Of a stretch of 64,000 nucleotides of DNA, positions 26,213 through 39,299 are shown one piece after another. The notes below the pieces were generated by a model, which saw only the letters and a program-made list of their open reading frames with translations, did no database searches and was not told the DNA's origin. Position numbers and translations under genes: made by a program. The first letter of the stretch is position 1. The number at the start of each line of letters is the position of its first letter. This DNA is from Raillietiella orientalis (lineage: Eukaryota), in assembly GCA_036172245.1 (NCBI GenBank), contig JAYWIR010000057.1, forward strand, positions 62,001 to 126,000. The letters run 5' to 3'.

Positions 26213-26829
26213 CCTTAATAGCGAAGAGAGGGTCAACAGCAAGTGAATGAGCTTTATCGCGAAGCAGCGAAAGAACTTTGCGTGCAGTCCATCCTTGTCC
26301 AGTGTCTCTCGTCTCCTGAACTTAGCGATGGCGGAATAAACTTCCATTGTGAAGGGCTCTTCAAAATCAGCTCACATTCCTCCTCACCGACAGTAGTGAC
26401 ATCCTGCGACAGGAGTAGCTTTGAAGGACCGCTTTTTGTCGGTGAGGCGAACGTTCTCTGAGTCCGAGCATTCCTGGTCTTGGATGCCAAATAAACAAGC
26501 TGCTTCAGACTCGGTCATCGCCACGTAGTTCGCGCATCGGGAAAAAGTGAGAGCCTGCAGCCTTGATCAAAATCTGCAGCGTTAATACGTGTTTTTCAAG
26601 CGACCCTCTTGTTTCCTGTCGTTGGAGGACTTTCTTCTGTGTGTATTGTAAGGACCATCGCCTGTGTTCACATGGCAGAAATGCCTCAGGAAAGCGTGAT
26701 GGAAGTCGCGGGAGAAGAAGTAAACGTTCCTCTCTAAAACTTGGAGGTTTTAGTGGTCGAGCTCACAGAGTCATCCTCGTCGGCAGCGACATAATCGAGC
26801 ATCTTGGCTGCACAGCTATCAGAGGCAGT

Positions 26830-28560
26830 CATGGCTCAACAAACAACAAATGAGGCCAGTGGCTACGAGCCATCCTTGGTCTACAAGGTGAGGGGTCTTT
26901 GGGGGAATAAAACTGATGACTCTTTCGAAAGAGACTTGCAGATATTAGAAGTGAGGCAGGAAGACCTTGAAGTCTCTCTATCCGAACTGGAGAACAGCAA
27001 GTGGAGCTCACTTGAAAGGTTGCAGGTATGCTCCAGCGAAACACACAAGATCTTCCCGCGACGAAGGACCTCTCCGTGATGGTCCGCCTGACGAGCATCA
27101 CGCTACGCATGCCCGAGAACTCAGTGCAAGCGGAGCTTGAAAAACATGGCACCCTGCACACGCTATGAGTCAAGCCAAGCCCCTTGAAAGGCTTTGAGAA
27201 GTTTTTCCCGCAAGATGGCCGCGGAGCGCGCGTTGCAGTACACGAGAACGGTGGTCCACTACCACCGAGGAGAGGGAGCTACCACAAAAGGGAGCACCTG
27301 GGCAGTGGTCAGCCGGACCAATGAGAGATCCGGTGTAAGATCTCACGAAGAGAGAAGGAACAAGGTGGTTGGACCACGGGACAGCTAACTGACGCTGCGA
27401 CCCCGAGTGCCCCACCAAAGGTCTATTGCGCTGGGCTGAGCTGCTGAGCATCCCGATGAAAGAACTCGAGTGGTCCCCAGCACTGAAGAATACCCGGGTC
27501 CTTCCCCTGGAATGGCAGAAGTCCGCGTTTCTGGTGTTGCATTGGGGCTCCCAAACAACGCCCGCCGATCTCGCTGGACCTAGGGAACTGTTTATTGGAA
27601 CTGTGTCACGAGCGGAGAACGGGAATCCCTCCCGCACCCGCTTGATGACTGTGTTGATCTCCGGCCCTGTGGTTGCGCTTTGCAAGGGCCCTCGAAGCAC
27701 CAGAAAACTCTCCTAGAGACGTGTCTAAGCACCTCTTTGTGGGCGACGCTTTTCCGCCTGCCGCAGCTCTAGCAGCCCTTCGCTGCCTACGAGGAATTGT
27801 GGCGACCTGGACCTACGCCAAAGATGGACGGCACGATAGGGACGCCATTTGCTTCGCCCTGGGCTTCCTGAGGATGGCAGCCAGGTGGCCTTATCTGGAA
27901 CGTGTGCGGATGGAACTTGCCGGAATCCTGGAGAGGATGTAGAGAACGGTCTGCAGTGGAACGTGATCCCTTCCCTCATCTCCCCTGTTTTTGTAAATAG
28001 TGTTTTTTTTTCTTTCTTATTTCTGTTTGTTTTCTCCCCTTCCGCTGCCTAGTCAAACTTAGCCGGATTCAATGCCAATATTTCGGCAAGTTCCGAAATT
28101 TTTTCCGGTTGTTTTTGGGATGATGGCTCTACACATGTATGTTTGTGCAAATAAACGCCTGGCGCACCAGGATGTGAGCCACCACAAACTAAAGATCGGC
28201 AACAAGCTAGTGATTCACTCGCACGTAAGGAAGCCAAAGTACTGGAAACACTTTAGTGCAACGAAGAACCTCAGAAAAATGCTCGAACGTCCAGTGCCAC
28301 CTCTGCAGCGAGAAGGGCCACATTCGTGATGCGTGCCCTCAACGTGTCACCTGGACTCCTGCTATAAGAAGAAAAGTTAAAGAAAACGCGCTCAAGGAGA
28401 GAAGGGGGAAAAAAACAACAAGAATAAAGATGAACAATACCAGCTGCCTCAACTTCAATGCTACCAGCAAACACCAGAAAAGGATATCACCTCCGAAGCT
28501 GGTCACCGGAAAGACTGGAAGCTGGTAAAGCCGCGAATAAGAACTCTCAGAGAAAGGAAA
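26830..28560 (+). mobile_element. LINE ORF1 (RRM-like region plus zinc knuckles) interrupted by a nested insertion
   Basis: VRLTSITLRMPENSVQAELEKHG before 27200; resumes at ~28100 with KIGNKL...CSNVQCHLCSEKGHIRDACP (CCHC). Confidence 0.65.
27205..28099 (+). mobile_element. 5'-truncated LINE nested in ORF1
   Basis: GLLRWAELL, LHWG, RCLRGIVATW...RMAARWPYL; ends in hairpin ATTTCGG-CAAGTT-CCGAAAT. Confidence 0.7.
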
Positions 28561-28929
28561 AACTTTGCGGCCTGAAATAAAAAAGAAAAACCGCTCCGAG
28601 AAAAATTTGCAGGATGTTCGGTGTCCATCGAACGGCTCAGCGCCGTCACCGTGCTAGGAATCTTCTCCGTTGAGGCCTTCAAGATAACTCCAGAAGACGA
28701 ACCCTCTGAACAGACAGATTCGTAATATGTGACGCCGGTGGGTTAATTCCACAAGGAAGTCCACAAGCTGGAAAGGCGAGACGGGATTTTCTTATAGAAA
28801 AGTTCAAAGGAGACTCAAGTGATGAGTTCATTGACATGCTCGACAGGTCTTTGGAACGTCCAGAGCGGAAGGATCGGCACAAAAAGCAAAAAAAGAATAG
28901 ATTAGAGTTAAGGGGCAGGGTCTTTGGCT

Positions 28930-30050
28930 TTTCCCATTTTTCCATGTAACACCGGAAAAAGTCCAGAACCGGTGGGAGTATATGATAAACAAATGTTAAA
29001 ACAGGAGGGCAGCTGTGAGTCATCAGCAATGTCCGTTCTTTTCTATTAGAAGCAGCGCAGGATATCCACGATCTTCTTTCCCACATCCTCGTCTGGGTGG
29101 GGCTACTCGGCATCCGTCCCCATGTAAACCGGTTCGTAGACAGATGCAACGCAAGCAGCCTGCGTTCGCTGCTACCAAAACTCCAGCAAATAGCGTACCC
29201 TAACGATGGCACGAATGTAACATGTTATCGATATCACGGAGCCTATCGTGGGTCCACCGTTAGCGAAGAATGGCCATAGCAAGTCCGTCGCAGTGTCTCC
29301 GGTGTGCAGGAGTGGTGAGGTCAGTTTCCGCCGAAGTTCCTGGAGGGCACTGCAGTTTAAAAAAGGTTGCGGTTTAAAAAAGGTTGATGATTAATCATCT
29401 CACACTCCAAAGCGCTTTGTACAGAGAGCGGGCAAGCTATGCGAAGCGCCTGCTGGCATCGAGGACTCTGCGTTCGAGAAAGCGGCAGAAGATCTCGAGG
29501 CCATGCTGCGAGACCCGGAGAGTTCCGGGAAAAACGACCTTTCAAGGTCGCCTGTAGGAAAGTAACCAAGGATATCAGATCCCATTCTTATGCTGGAAGT
29601 TTCTTCTCCGTTAAGGTACCCCTGGAAGTCTGCATTCAAGTCCAAGGAGTCCCAGGAAGAAACATCCCATCCCACAACGACGATGATGAACCGCCACCTG
29701 AGGGGGAAGCCGTCAGAGAGCGAACGGGGGATGAATATCACCCATGCCACGACGCCGTGCTGCAAGCATGCATGGAGGTCGGCGAGCAGGGACAGTAGGT
29801 AGGTGAGACCTCTGCTTGAGTCTCTCCGGATCAGGTAGCAGGAGTTACAGCGCCATTTTCCCAGAAAGAACACTTGAACTTATCTCCAGCCGCCGAATCC
29901 GCGTGACCTATCAACGGACTGTGCGACGACGACATTAGACGAGATACGGCTACCACCCTGCACAATCCTCACCTGGCTCTCCTAAAGAAAGGTGCATATG
30001 ATCTGGCCAACGGACTCGGTATATCGAGAGAAACGAAGAGAAAGCGGCTC
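28930..30050 (-). mobile_element. Decayed LINE ORF2 3' half
   Basis: Thumb-like FFLGKW...LIRRDSSRGL; tail 'PHPDEDVGKKIVDILRCF'. Confidence 0.45.
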
Positions 30051-30051
30051 C

Positions 30052-32420
30052 TTTCCACCCTGTTGCTCCGAGACCTTTATTCCAAAAAAGAACAAATCTT
30101 CCGGGAACAAAGCTCTCGGAGGAAGGGAAAAGGAGTTTGAGGTGAGAATTCCTCGACATTCAGGTCGGTCACACCGGAAACCGGAACAAGATGGTGGGCA
30201 CCACGCCACAAATACATTTATGGAAAAAAAATACAAAAAAAGACATGGAGGGGGGGAAGGAAAAGGGGTTTCCAGGTTCGACGTTTTCAGGCTTTCAGAA
30301 CCGACGTTGTACGTCAGAGATTTCCTTTATCACTTTTTCTTCCAGGTGAAGTCACCTGGCAACCGTTTTCATGTTGACATCAGCGATTTCAGTGATCTCT
30401 TGAAGAATCACCTGCAACTCCAGCTGGTAGCGGGCCGTGACCATGGCGCAGATTTAACAGATCGTTGCGATGACCGCACCTGACAAAAAGCCTCTTTGCA
30501 TGAAGATTCTGCACATGACATCTGTTACGGTGTCTCCCTGATGAAGGAGCCCTAAAAGTCACCTCCTCCACATTCCTTGGAGGGCACTGCATTCGAGTCG
30601 CAGGTGCAGTTGTTTCCTCTGCCCCGCAACGCCCACAGTTCGAGGAGGCATCTCCCCCGGAAACGATGTTCTTCGCACAGGTGACAATGAAAACCCCATA
30701 CACCAGCAAAAGTAAGTCCTGTTTCCATGCAAGCAGGAAAATAGGAGCGTCTACGCACGAGGGAGGGACCACAGGTTCTTCCGGGGCCACGCGAAAGAGT
30801 TCGCACCTTCCAAGGAGTCCTTCGCACCATTACTAGGGTTGGCAGCGTCGGCCAACTCGCTCATCTTCGAGCGCGGAAGACGAGCTCGTCCCAGCGACAC
30901 TACCTGATGCATTGCCCAGGACGATAACGCTTCCTGCCGCCAGGCGTTAAATTTCGTTGGACAGCAGGAGATCCAAGAATGGGCTTCTAGAAGCCTGTAA
31001 AGCAGCCTCAGGAGGAAGACAAAACCTTTCGTGGCGTGCTCGGTATGCGGCAGCAACGAAACCAGTCCTTTGCTGACGGTGCAGTGCCGCAATAGCTGGC
31101 ACGCTGCAGAACACCACGGAGTCGACCATAACTTGACGAGAAGTGGCACTGCGCTTGCAGCCCGATTCTATTCAACGTTAGGTTTGCTAGACCGGCATCT
31201 CAATGTGGAGCCGAAAAGTCATTCAGGCGGATCCCGGACCTTGCAGGTCCCCTCAGAGAGTTCCTTAGGCGTTGCACCCAGAACTTGACCGAGTATGGGG
31301 GCGGGCAAAAAAAAAGAAGGGAGGAGCAGGGACTAACGAAGATGTTTCATATGTAGGCCCGCCAGGAAGACAGACTTTCTACTGTGGAACGGGCCGAGAT
31401 CACACTCTCCCTTTCGAAGGCAGTCCGACCGCACTTCAACTGGACTGAAGTCGCCCAACAGAATGCCTAGATAATCCAAACACCCGCCCCTGGAACCTTG
31501 GGGTATGTGCTTGAAGTTGTACCGCTCATTCCACGTGGATAAACGGCTGCTTTGGCTTAGTGGCTTTTGCAACTGTGGGGTCGCGTTTCTGACGGGACCG
31601 AGAGTCGGTGCTGATGTTCAAGACGTCAGCTTCGACGGGAAGGGACGGGTCGGGAAACTGATTTTTAGGTGGAAAGACTTGATGGGCCTCGTTGTGGCAA
31701 AACTGCACTCTTTCAGCAGCAAAAACAAGCGCGAAGAACGACTGAGTTTTTTCGAAGTCCAGAAGCGCGACTGGCTGGCAAAGGCGACTGGTTTCCGCAG
31801 GACGCAGCTGATAGATGAAGAGTCCAACCTCCGCCTGTTGTCAGGTGAGCCCTGAGCGCAGAACCTCAGAACCGTCAAGGATCTGTGCGCGACGATGAGC
31901 ATGCGCAAATGGAACTGGGAATCAAGGACTACATCGAGCACGTGTTTCTGTATCACGACCTGTGTCCACGGATCAGAATACGAGAGAGACTGGGATCGAC
32001 TTGTCCTTCCTTTCCCGTATGAAATTTGAGGTCTTTCTGTGCAACAAAGAGCCCTCATTCAAAGCGTGCCGCCATCCGTAGAGCTGATTGAACTCTCTCA
32101 GGAGAAGTGGAACACCACCGAAAATTCCTGAGGCTTTAATCTTCAGAATCTCGCGGAAGAGGATCGTCTCGAGCGCTTGGTCCGTCTCAAGAGCACCTTC
32201 GCATGGACTACCCGCCTTCGGGATTTGGGAAAGCGGACGGTAACTAAAGGTTGCAATTATAGGTACGACGTTACGCGAAGACCACCAGAGTCCGTCTCCT
32301 GGCCAAGTAGAGAGCCAGGTCGAGCGCGAAGTCTGGCGGTCTGAGTCGGCCAGTGTGTTGGACAAACAGAGTAGGAAATCCTCGGCCTCAGATACGATGA
32401 ACGATGATTTTTCGGCTAGG
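30052..32420 (-). mobile_element. LINE RT, C-terminus and 3' UTR
   Basis: LDYLGILLG (RT domain 7), KGLVSLLPH, NCGRCGAEE, TVAR*LHLEEK; terminal AATAAAGGTCTCGGAGCAACAGGGTGGAAA at 30052-30081. Confidence 0.7.
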
Positions 32421-32429
32421 GGATCAGCA

Positions 32430-32675
32430 CGAGGTACTTGAAGTACCTCGGCGTTCCGTCGGGCGACCTTGGCGCTGCCGAGAAGTGGTCGGACTGCCTT
32501 CATAAGGCAAAGTTGGCCGCCAGCCTGTTTATTGATGGCAAGTTTACCTTACTGGAACGGGCGGCTATCTGGAATACCTTCGCGACCCCCTCCTCCGCCA
32601 CCTGTTTTTGGACCCCCCTACGCGGCGAAGGAGCGGCATCCGTCGCTAATGCGCTGCGCGACGTGCAGTTCGACG
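32430..32675 (+). mobile_element. LINE RT domain-7 fragment
   Basis: KYLGVPSG...FTLLERAAIWNTFA. Confidence 0.6.
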
Positions 32676-32676
32676 T

Positions 32677-34500
32677 TGCCACCCGGTTACTCAGGGGCGT
32701 TTATTGTAAACTCTTCGCCTTACAAGGTCCCGCTACGGTCAACACAACAACGGACCTGCCGGGTCGTTCGTACGCAGACTGAATTGACTCCACGGAAGCG
32801 GTGGGTGATGGGAGAAAAAGCAAAAAGGAAAATACAACAAAAATTAAATAAAAAAAGATACTCTGGAAGGCCAGGAAGGAATCATTGTCCGCTGAGGGGA
32901 GAGGCCATTCTTTGCAGAATGCCGTCGAGGTCCCTCTGCATGTATCCGGTGGGGCCATCCAGTGGCTCTCACCATGAAGCGAACTGCATACTCGATGATA
33001 TCCCTTTCGTCGTCTGTTTCTTCCTCGGCTTCGCTCCAGGCCGCCACATTCCCGCGGATGCAGCAAAGTGCTGCAAGAGCCGCGGCTGACTGCAGGGCGT
33101 CCCGCACGAAGAGTAGAAAAACGTCCCTGAAAGGGCTGCCAACCGGGATCCAGAGGGTCGTCCCGAAACGTTCCCACAGGGGCGGAGGGCAACACAGTCC
33201 ACTAGCAGGTGAAGGAGGGATGTTCCAGGGCTGCCGGAAGGTTCACCCTTTTATCTGGGAGACGCCACGCATCCGAGGGGGGACCCCTGCCTCGCGGATT
33301 GACCTCGAGCACGATCTGTCAATGGTCCCACAGCTCCGACCACACGGGAGCAATGGTGCTGGTCAAGGAATACGTGGTCGATGCTCGTAGCCATTGCCAG
33401 ATCCTCGGCCAACAAGTTGCGCGTGTTGCGCGTCCGCGCACGCCTCGTTGACCAGCTTTTTCACGTGACCCAGCGCACCTGCCTGCAGGTGGGCGTTCAA
33501 ATCCCCTGCTACCAGATGCTCTTTTCGTACGCCCACTTCAGTCAACCATTCGCGCTTCAGGGAAACGGAGAAAGCTTCCCTTGCCTTTGTACTTAACGCG
33601 TCGCTGCCGCCAGTGGCATAGAGGTTGGTGATGATCCGGTCCATCAAGTTGGGCCACCTGAGGGCCAGTTGGCCGACACGACCGGCACCAACGAAACGCA
33701 CGCTCCTTGCGGCGGCCTAAATGACTGGCTGAAGCAGGAATGCGACGCCGTAGGACTTTTTCGTGCCGCAATGCCGATGCAGCCGCCCTCTCGAGATCCG
33801 TTAGATCTCCAGTGTTTGATCCGCAGAGATCACGTGGATCTCCTGCAGAAGCACCGGGCCGAAGGACTGTAGGGGGCGGTCACGTCCGGTCTCTCACCGT
33901 CGTCGCTCAGCCCATTGACGTTCCAACAGACGATCCGCAGACGACGGCGAGAGCCGATTCCCGGCGTTAAGGCTGGGAAGGTGGCGTTGCGGCGTTTCTT
34001 TCCTCAGCGGGGGGGACGCCTCGGAGGCGACAACCACCTGAGGCACCTGAGCTAGCTGGAGCACATGGACGGCCTCCACCCCCTTCATCCCCTCCGCATC
34101 GGAAAGTGGGAGATTCTCGGGCGACAGGTCTCGTTCTCCCACGCTCATTGCACCCTCGCTTCCGGAGGGCATCTCTTCCCCTTAGACGGGGGAGATGATC
34201 CTCCGGGGAGCCTTGGCTTGCTTCCAGGCTTCCGGCGGGGTGCTGCGTCGACGGGAGGTCCCTCTCCGGTTTCCGCGTCGGAGTCTGAGATCTGCGACCC
34301 TTTGATGGAGGCCGGACGCCTCAAGGCTTTTTTCGCGACCTTGAGAGGTCGCCGCAGCGAGGCAGCGAGCTCCTCGGCCTCTCGCTCGGAGGCGACGTCA
34401 TCGAGTGGGGGCTCGGCGACGGAAGCCTCCTCCTCGCTCTCCTTGTTAATGGGTTGCTTGGAGTCACGCGCGCGAGACGGACGTGTCGCCGCGGCGCCCC
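32677..34500 (-). mobile_element. Internally deleted LINE: ORF1 tail, endonuclease and C-terminus/3' UTR, no RT
   Basis: Acidic ORF1 tail; RIVCWNVNGL, VLLQEIH, TNLYA, VAGDLN, SIDHVF; joins at ~33240 to HLLVDC...CCIRGNVAAWS...GWPH; terminal AATAAACGCCCCTGAGTAACCGGGTGG. Confidence 0.75.
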
Positions 34501-34879
34501 GCCCACGTCAAGCAACTGCAAGGCTTCCGTACACTTCGTACCGTTTTTCGTTAGTATTACAAAATAAAATCGTGAAAAGTGTTTGTGTCATTGCACTATC
34601 GTCGTGGCATAAGGTAAGATCGTTCCAAGTAAAGTTGTCGTCTGCAAAAATATTTTGCGAATTCCCTTCGTGATCAAAAGTTCCCCATTTAGTTGATTTC
34701 GACGTTCCGACAGTTAATTCCCCTTTTTTCCTGTGAAATTTCTGTGAAAAGTTGATAAATTTTGTAATATAAGTGTTTGAAATAGCGCTGCCAAGCAAAG
34801 AGAGCTTTTATGCAATATATTCGCTTGATTTGTCCTTACAATCTACAGTTCCGGAAAAAACCGTGATTAATGGAGTTTT

Positions 34880-35000
34880 TTTTAAACACAAAATAAACAA
34901 ATAAACAAAACAAATAAGTAATTAAGTAAAATAAATGATTAAACAAAATGAAAATAAATAGATAAATAAAATAGAAATAAATAAATAAATAAAATACTCG
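34880..35000. repeat. Degenerate (AAAT)n low-complexity tract
   Basis: Repeated AAAT/AAAC units. Confidence 0.8.
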
Positions 35001-35069
35001 TTGCATTGACAACCGGATGTGCCTGGGCATTTATTTATGAAATAAAAATACAATTACATTTTCTCGTGA

Positions 35070-36508
35070 TGAACCCAAGGACTCACCACGTCACAACAGC
35101 TTGCTGCTTGCTCTGCGTCGGGATGCCGGCTTGAGCATCCTGACGTTGGAGAGGATCGAACTGCAGGTGCAGTTCCGGATGCTGGCACTGTGTGCCCAAC
35201 TTTGAACTGCCCCGCTTTGTGCGCCTGCGCGCATCCTCCTACGGAGGTATGCCGGCAGTGAAGGACTTCTTTGGCTGCTCACGGGCAGGCGCCACAGAAA
35301 ACAGGAGTTTGGCTATCCTTTGAGGCAACTCGCCTCACTGTTGGAAGCCAATTTGTGGATTTCCTGCTGCCCAATAAACTATAATCCTTGGCGCAGGAAT
35401 CTGATGAATCTTTGGCTGCATTCCAGGGAATCAGTCCCGAAGATCTTCGCCCCCTGCGTCAATTCCTACCTTGGTCACTCCAAGAGGTGATGCAGGACGA
35501 GGTGAAGTTTTCCACCCTGGACGTCACGCCCCTCGCGAAAGCGCTGTCTGCCTTCAATGCCAGAGAAGACAGTAGCCAACAGGCGAGGTGGGAGTTCTCA
35601 TGCACCATCGCAGAAAGAAGAAAACTCCTCGGCGAATGGGAGACCAGCGAGCTGGCGGATGTTGCTACTCCTCGGGCTACGGCAAAGGAACTTCATCGGT
35701 GGAAGAAGCTCTTTGTGCTGCCTCCGAGGAAATGATACTCCTTCTTTGCTGTTTGGATGATTCGATGTTTCCTCTTGCCCTGGAAGCAGGGCGTTTTGCT
35801 CCTGTTGTATTGGGGTTTGCGCTACAATGAGCGGCGGCACTGAGTTTCCGGTGGGGTGACCTCCCTTTACTGTGCGCGGTGAGGGACGACGGAATCCCAA
35901 AGGTTGACAGCAGCACTCTTGTAACAGGAGGGCACTGCCCGTGAAGTGCTGCGACGGTTCTTCCAACCACAAGGACTTTCGACGACAGCGATGATCTCGA
36001 CCGTTGGTTGCATTCGCGCCATCGTCATGGTCCGAGACGTGCTGGCGAACACTGGGCAGCGATGTTGTGTCACCAGGAAGGCCGCCGACTCTAGCAGCGC
36101 GGCTGCTGGGTGGCATCGCTTGATCGAAAACGCAACGGAGGAACTCACCGGTATCCATCGCCGGATTACCTACGGTTTGAAACGACGATCCCATTGATTC
36201 ATTCCCCTTTTCTTTCATTTGTTTTCGCACCCCCCCTCCCATTCATTCCGTAGTGTTTTTAAATCTTTTACTCGTTTTCTTTTCCGGTGAATACGGAGAG
36301 TCACCAAAGATCCCTGGCCCCCTCCTCCCATCAAAGCTGTTCTTTTTTGTTTGTAGTTCCCTCCTCCCTCCACGTTCCGGACCTACCGTTTTCCAGGCCT
36401 GCATGCCAGTAATGCATTTCCGTTGTTTTTTTGTAGTCGTCGGCTGAAAACAACTGTTTCCAGATGGATTATGAAAATAAATGTCCCGGCGTGACCGGGA
36501 AAGAAATT
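35070..36508 (+). mobile_element. LINE 3' half
   Basis: LGEWETSEL...KELHRW; VLRRFFQPQG...VGCIRAIV...AAGWHRL; intact terminal AATAAATGTCCCGGCGTGACCGGGAAAGAAA. Confidence 0.8.
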
Positions 36509-36509
36509 T

Positions 36510-36680
36510 TGACGTTCGCCGGCTACCTGATGGGAGAAATCATGAATGCGACCTGGTCAACGAGGTGTGCGCGGCGGTGCACACATGCAACTTGTTGACC
36601 AGTGGCATCGACCACGTGTTCCTTGACCAGCACCTGTGCTGTTCAAAGTGCTGCTATGCGCCAACACATTATTTCTGGTG
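36510..36680 (+). mobile_element. LINE endonuclease fragment
   Basis: LVNEVCA...SGIDHVFLDQH, nucleotide-homologous to 33350-33455 (-). Confidence 0.55.
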
Positions 36681-36729
36681 TGCAATCACCACATTTTGAT
36701 AAAACAACATCACAAAAAAGGAACAAGGT

Positions 36730-37550
36730 ACCGTTTTATAGTCTTCAAGCTATACTTCAGCAGATATGATATGGATAGTGTGATATTATTATACCAACTC
36801 AGCACATCATGGTAGCGGTTTGACCTTACAGCCTTCCCATTAATGGAAACCCAATTATGCACTTGTTTTAGAAATCTCCATTGCGCGTCCGACATCCGAA
36901 AGCAACGAAGATTTACAATCTAAAATCCTTTTATTGCTTATCTTCGCGGCTAACACCTCCGCCGCTTCCCTAAACACTACAGGCTAGCAGTCAGACCTCA
37001 GTTCTGCATCCATAGAGGTCACCTAGTGTTTAAAGGAAGCCTTGCTTATGTTCCACTTGGTATACCACCTTCATGACAACAAATTGTTCTTTATCTCACT
37101 TGCCGTTCCAATGGCCTTCTCAAAAAGAAACCTGACACGTAAGAAACCTAACCAAAAATCATACATTGCTTGGCTTTACACATTGTCACCATGTCTTCCT
37201 ACGCAGATATGGTTTAACTTGTCTTTCAGACTCGAGACATTTTTTTACAGACTGCATTCTATCCAACTATTCCAACGGCAGGCAAGGGCAACCGAAATTT
37301 CAAGAATACTTTTAAACCTAGCACATCTTGGCCAATGCTCTATACTATGACACAAAGCATCTTCTCACAAATATTCTAAATAGCACAGTATCGTTCAGGA
37401 TTCTTTGGAAACTCTTCCTAAGAATAGTCAGATCTGAGCAAAAATAGTTATGAAGCAGACCTCTGCGCGCACACATCCTGGTCCACCGCTTCACAAGGTA
37501 TTATAGACAACCTCATTTCATTAAAACAGAAAACTACAAATCTACGTGGC
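36730..37550 (+). mobile_element. Gypsy-like integrase remnant
   Basis: Frameshifted 'LQP', 'CRSNGLL' (YxPxSNGxxER-like), 'HPGPP' (GPY/F-like). Confidence 0.35.
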
Positions 37551-39299
37551 GCGGAGAAAGCAGCCAGAGAAATATGCGAACATAAGAACAGCACTCAAAA
37601 CTCAGGCTTTACAATAGCTGTCGATTTGCTGTCCTAATATCTAATCCCCTTAAGAGGACGCAGCCGGGAACTGAATGGAGCTGATCACATGAACAATGAA
37701 GGAATTTCGCTCCTAGATCTACTCCTGATTCCTTGAAACAGCACAAGACACCCACTTCACCCATTCGCGCAAAAAAAACAGCCACCCACGTCTTCCAGGC
37801 GATAGACACGCTATCATTCCACCGTCAGGGCTCTTCTGCATTTTATCCCTCCGCTATAACTTGCAGATTTCCACACAACCTTCTGTAACAAACTCAACAC
37901 ACACCTGAAGTCACGGAGAGCTTCTCCATTCGGCCACATTCCTCCTAGCCAGACCCCCACCAGCGCTCTCAGCGAACGAACTGCACGCTCTCTGCCGCAG
38001 ACAGAAAACTGCCTTGTGGAGATCTGTTGCCTTCGCACCTGGTAGCTAAGTGGTCTTGTGCGAGGATTACAGGGCTAATGACGAGACATCTTTCGCTGTT
38101 AGCAAGACGAAAACAGTGCTACCTCAGCAGCAGAGAGGCCATCTGCACGCTGCGGAGCATGCCAAGGTATCATCACCTCGCATGACAACGCCGACGTACG
38201 ATATCAAGTAGAAGTGATCATTCATTCTTCTCATGGAGAAGTGAAATTTCCTTGAAAATCTGTAAGATGGAAACAACCAGTGTTCCATGAATGTGGATCC
38301 CATAAATCTCCATTGCCTGCCAGGATAGCCGGTTCATATCCGTTCTTTTTTGCGTTGCAAACATGATTTCAGAATTTCATGTTCGTGTGATTTTCTTTCC
38401 CTCAAGGGAAAGAAAGTAAAGAAGGGGAGCATGCTCCATCGTATTCGCCACTCTCAAAAAGGGAAAGCAAACACGTAGGTGTACCCTGTTCCTGTGCAGC
38501 GTATGTAGGAATTGAGACTTCAGTAGGCTGTTTTCAATGAGTCTATCCAGACGACTGACCTCTCTCTGATTTCCAGAAAGGTGCAGCCCCGAAGCAGACT
38601 ATCTTTTCATCTGCTCTTCAGGTCAGCAAAATTGAAATGCAATCCCTTCTGGTCAGTGTTTTTCAGTGTGCTTTTCTTTTCACAGGGGCGGTCTCCTTGA
38701 CATTCTACTTCAGCCTACACAAACATCGAATAGCTCTGGATGTGTCTCGATGTATCATGGATACTCATTTAGGAACCTTATGCAAGATGAGGATTTCTTC
38801 TCCTTTTTTCTGTAATCCTTAGCGTGTTCTTGGTGTCCAATTCCAAGGAAAACCGGTCCAGGTATGGATTTGGTTTCTCCTCTAACTACTCTGCTTCTGC
38901 TGGATTCTTTTACCGAGAGCACCAAGACTACAATGCAGGAAAACCTATTAAAGAACAGTGCACACTTTTCTGTAGGGCATCTACACAGCACATTCGTAAA
39001 CGTTCCTTCGATGTGGGGAGAGCGTTTTCTTAGTTGTCCGAGAGGATTCATGGATAAACGTGACATAAATAAATGGAAAACGGACTTCCTTCATATAAGG
39101 GAAATAGCAGCTGAAGTCAAAGGTGGATTGCCAACTGCAATCGCTGGGAAGCTGATACCTCAGTAAAGATGCGGTCCTGAGCTTTCTCGGTGTGAGCAAT
39201 TGCACAATAAAGGCGGTTCGCCCTGTCATGATCTGCTCAGTGAACCAGAAGGCCCGCTATATCCACTTTAGCCTCGTCTCCAGCCGGCCTCATCTGGAC

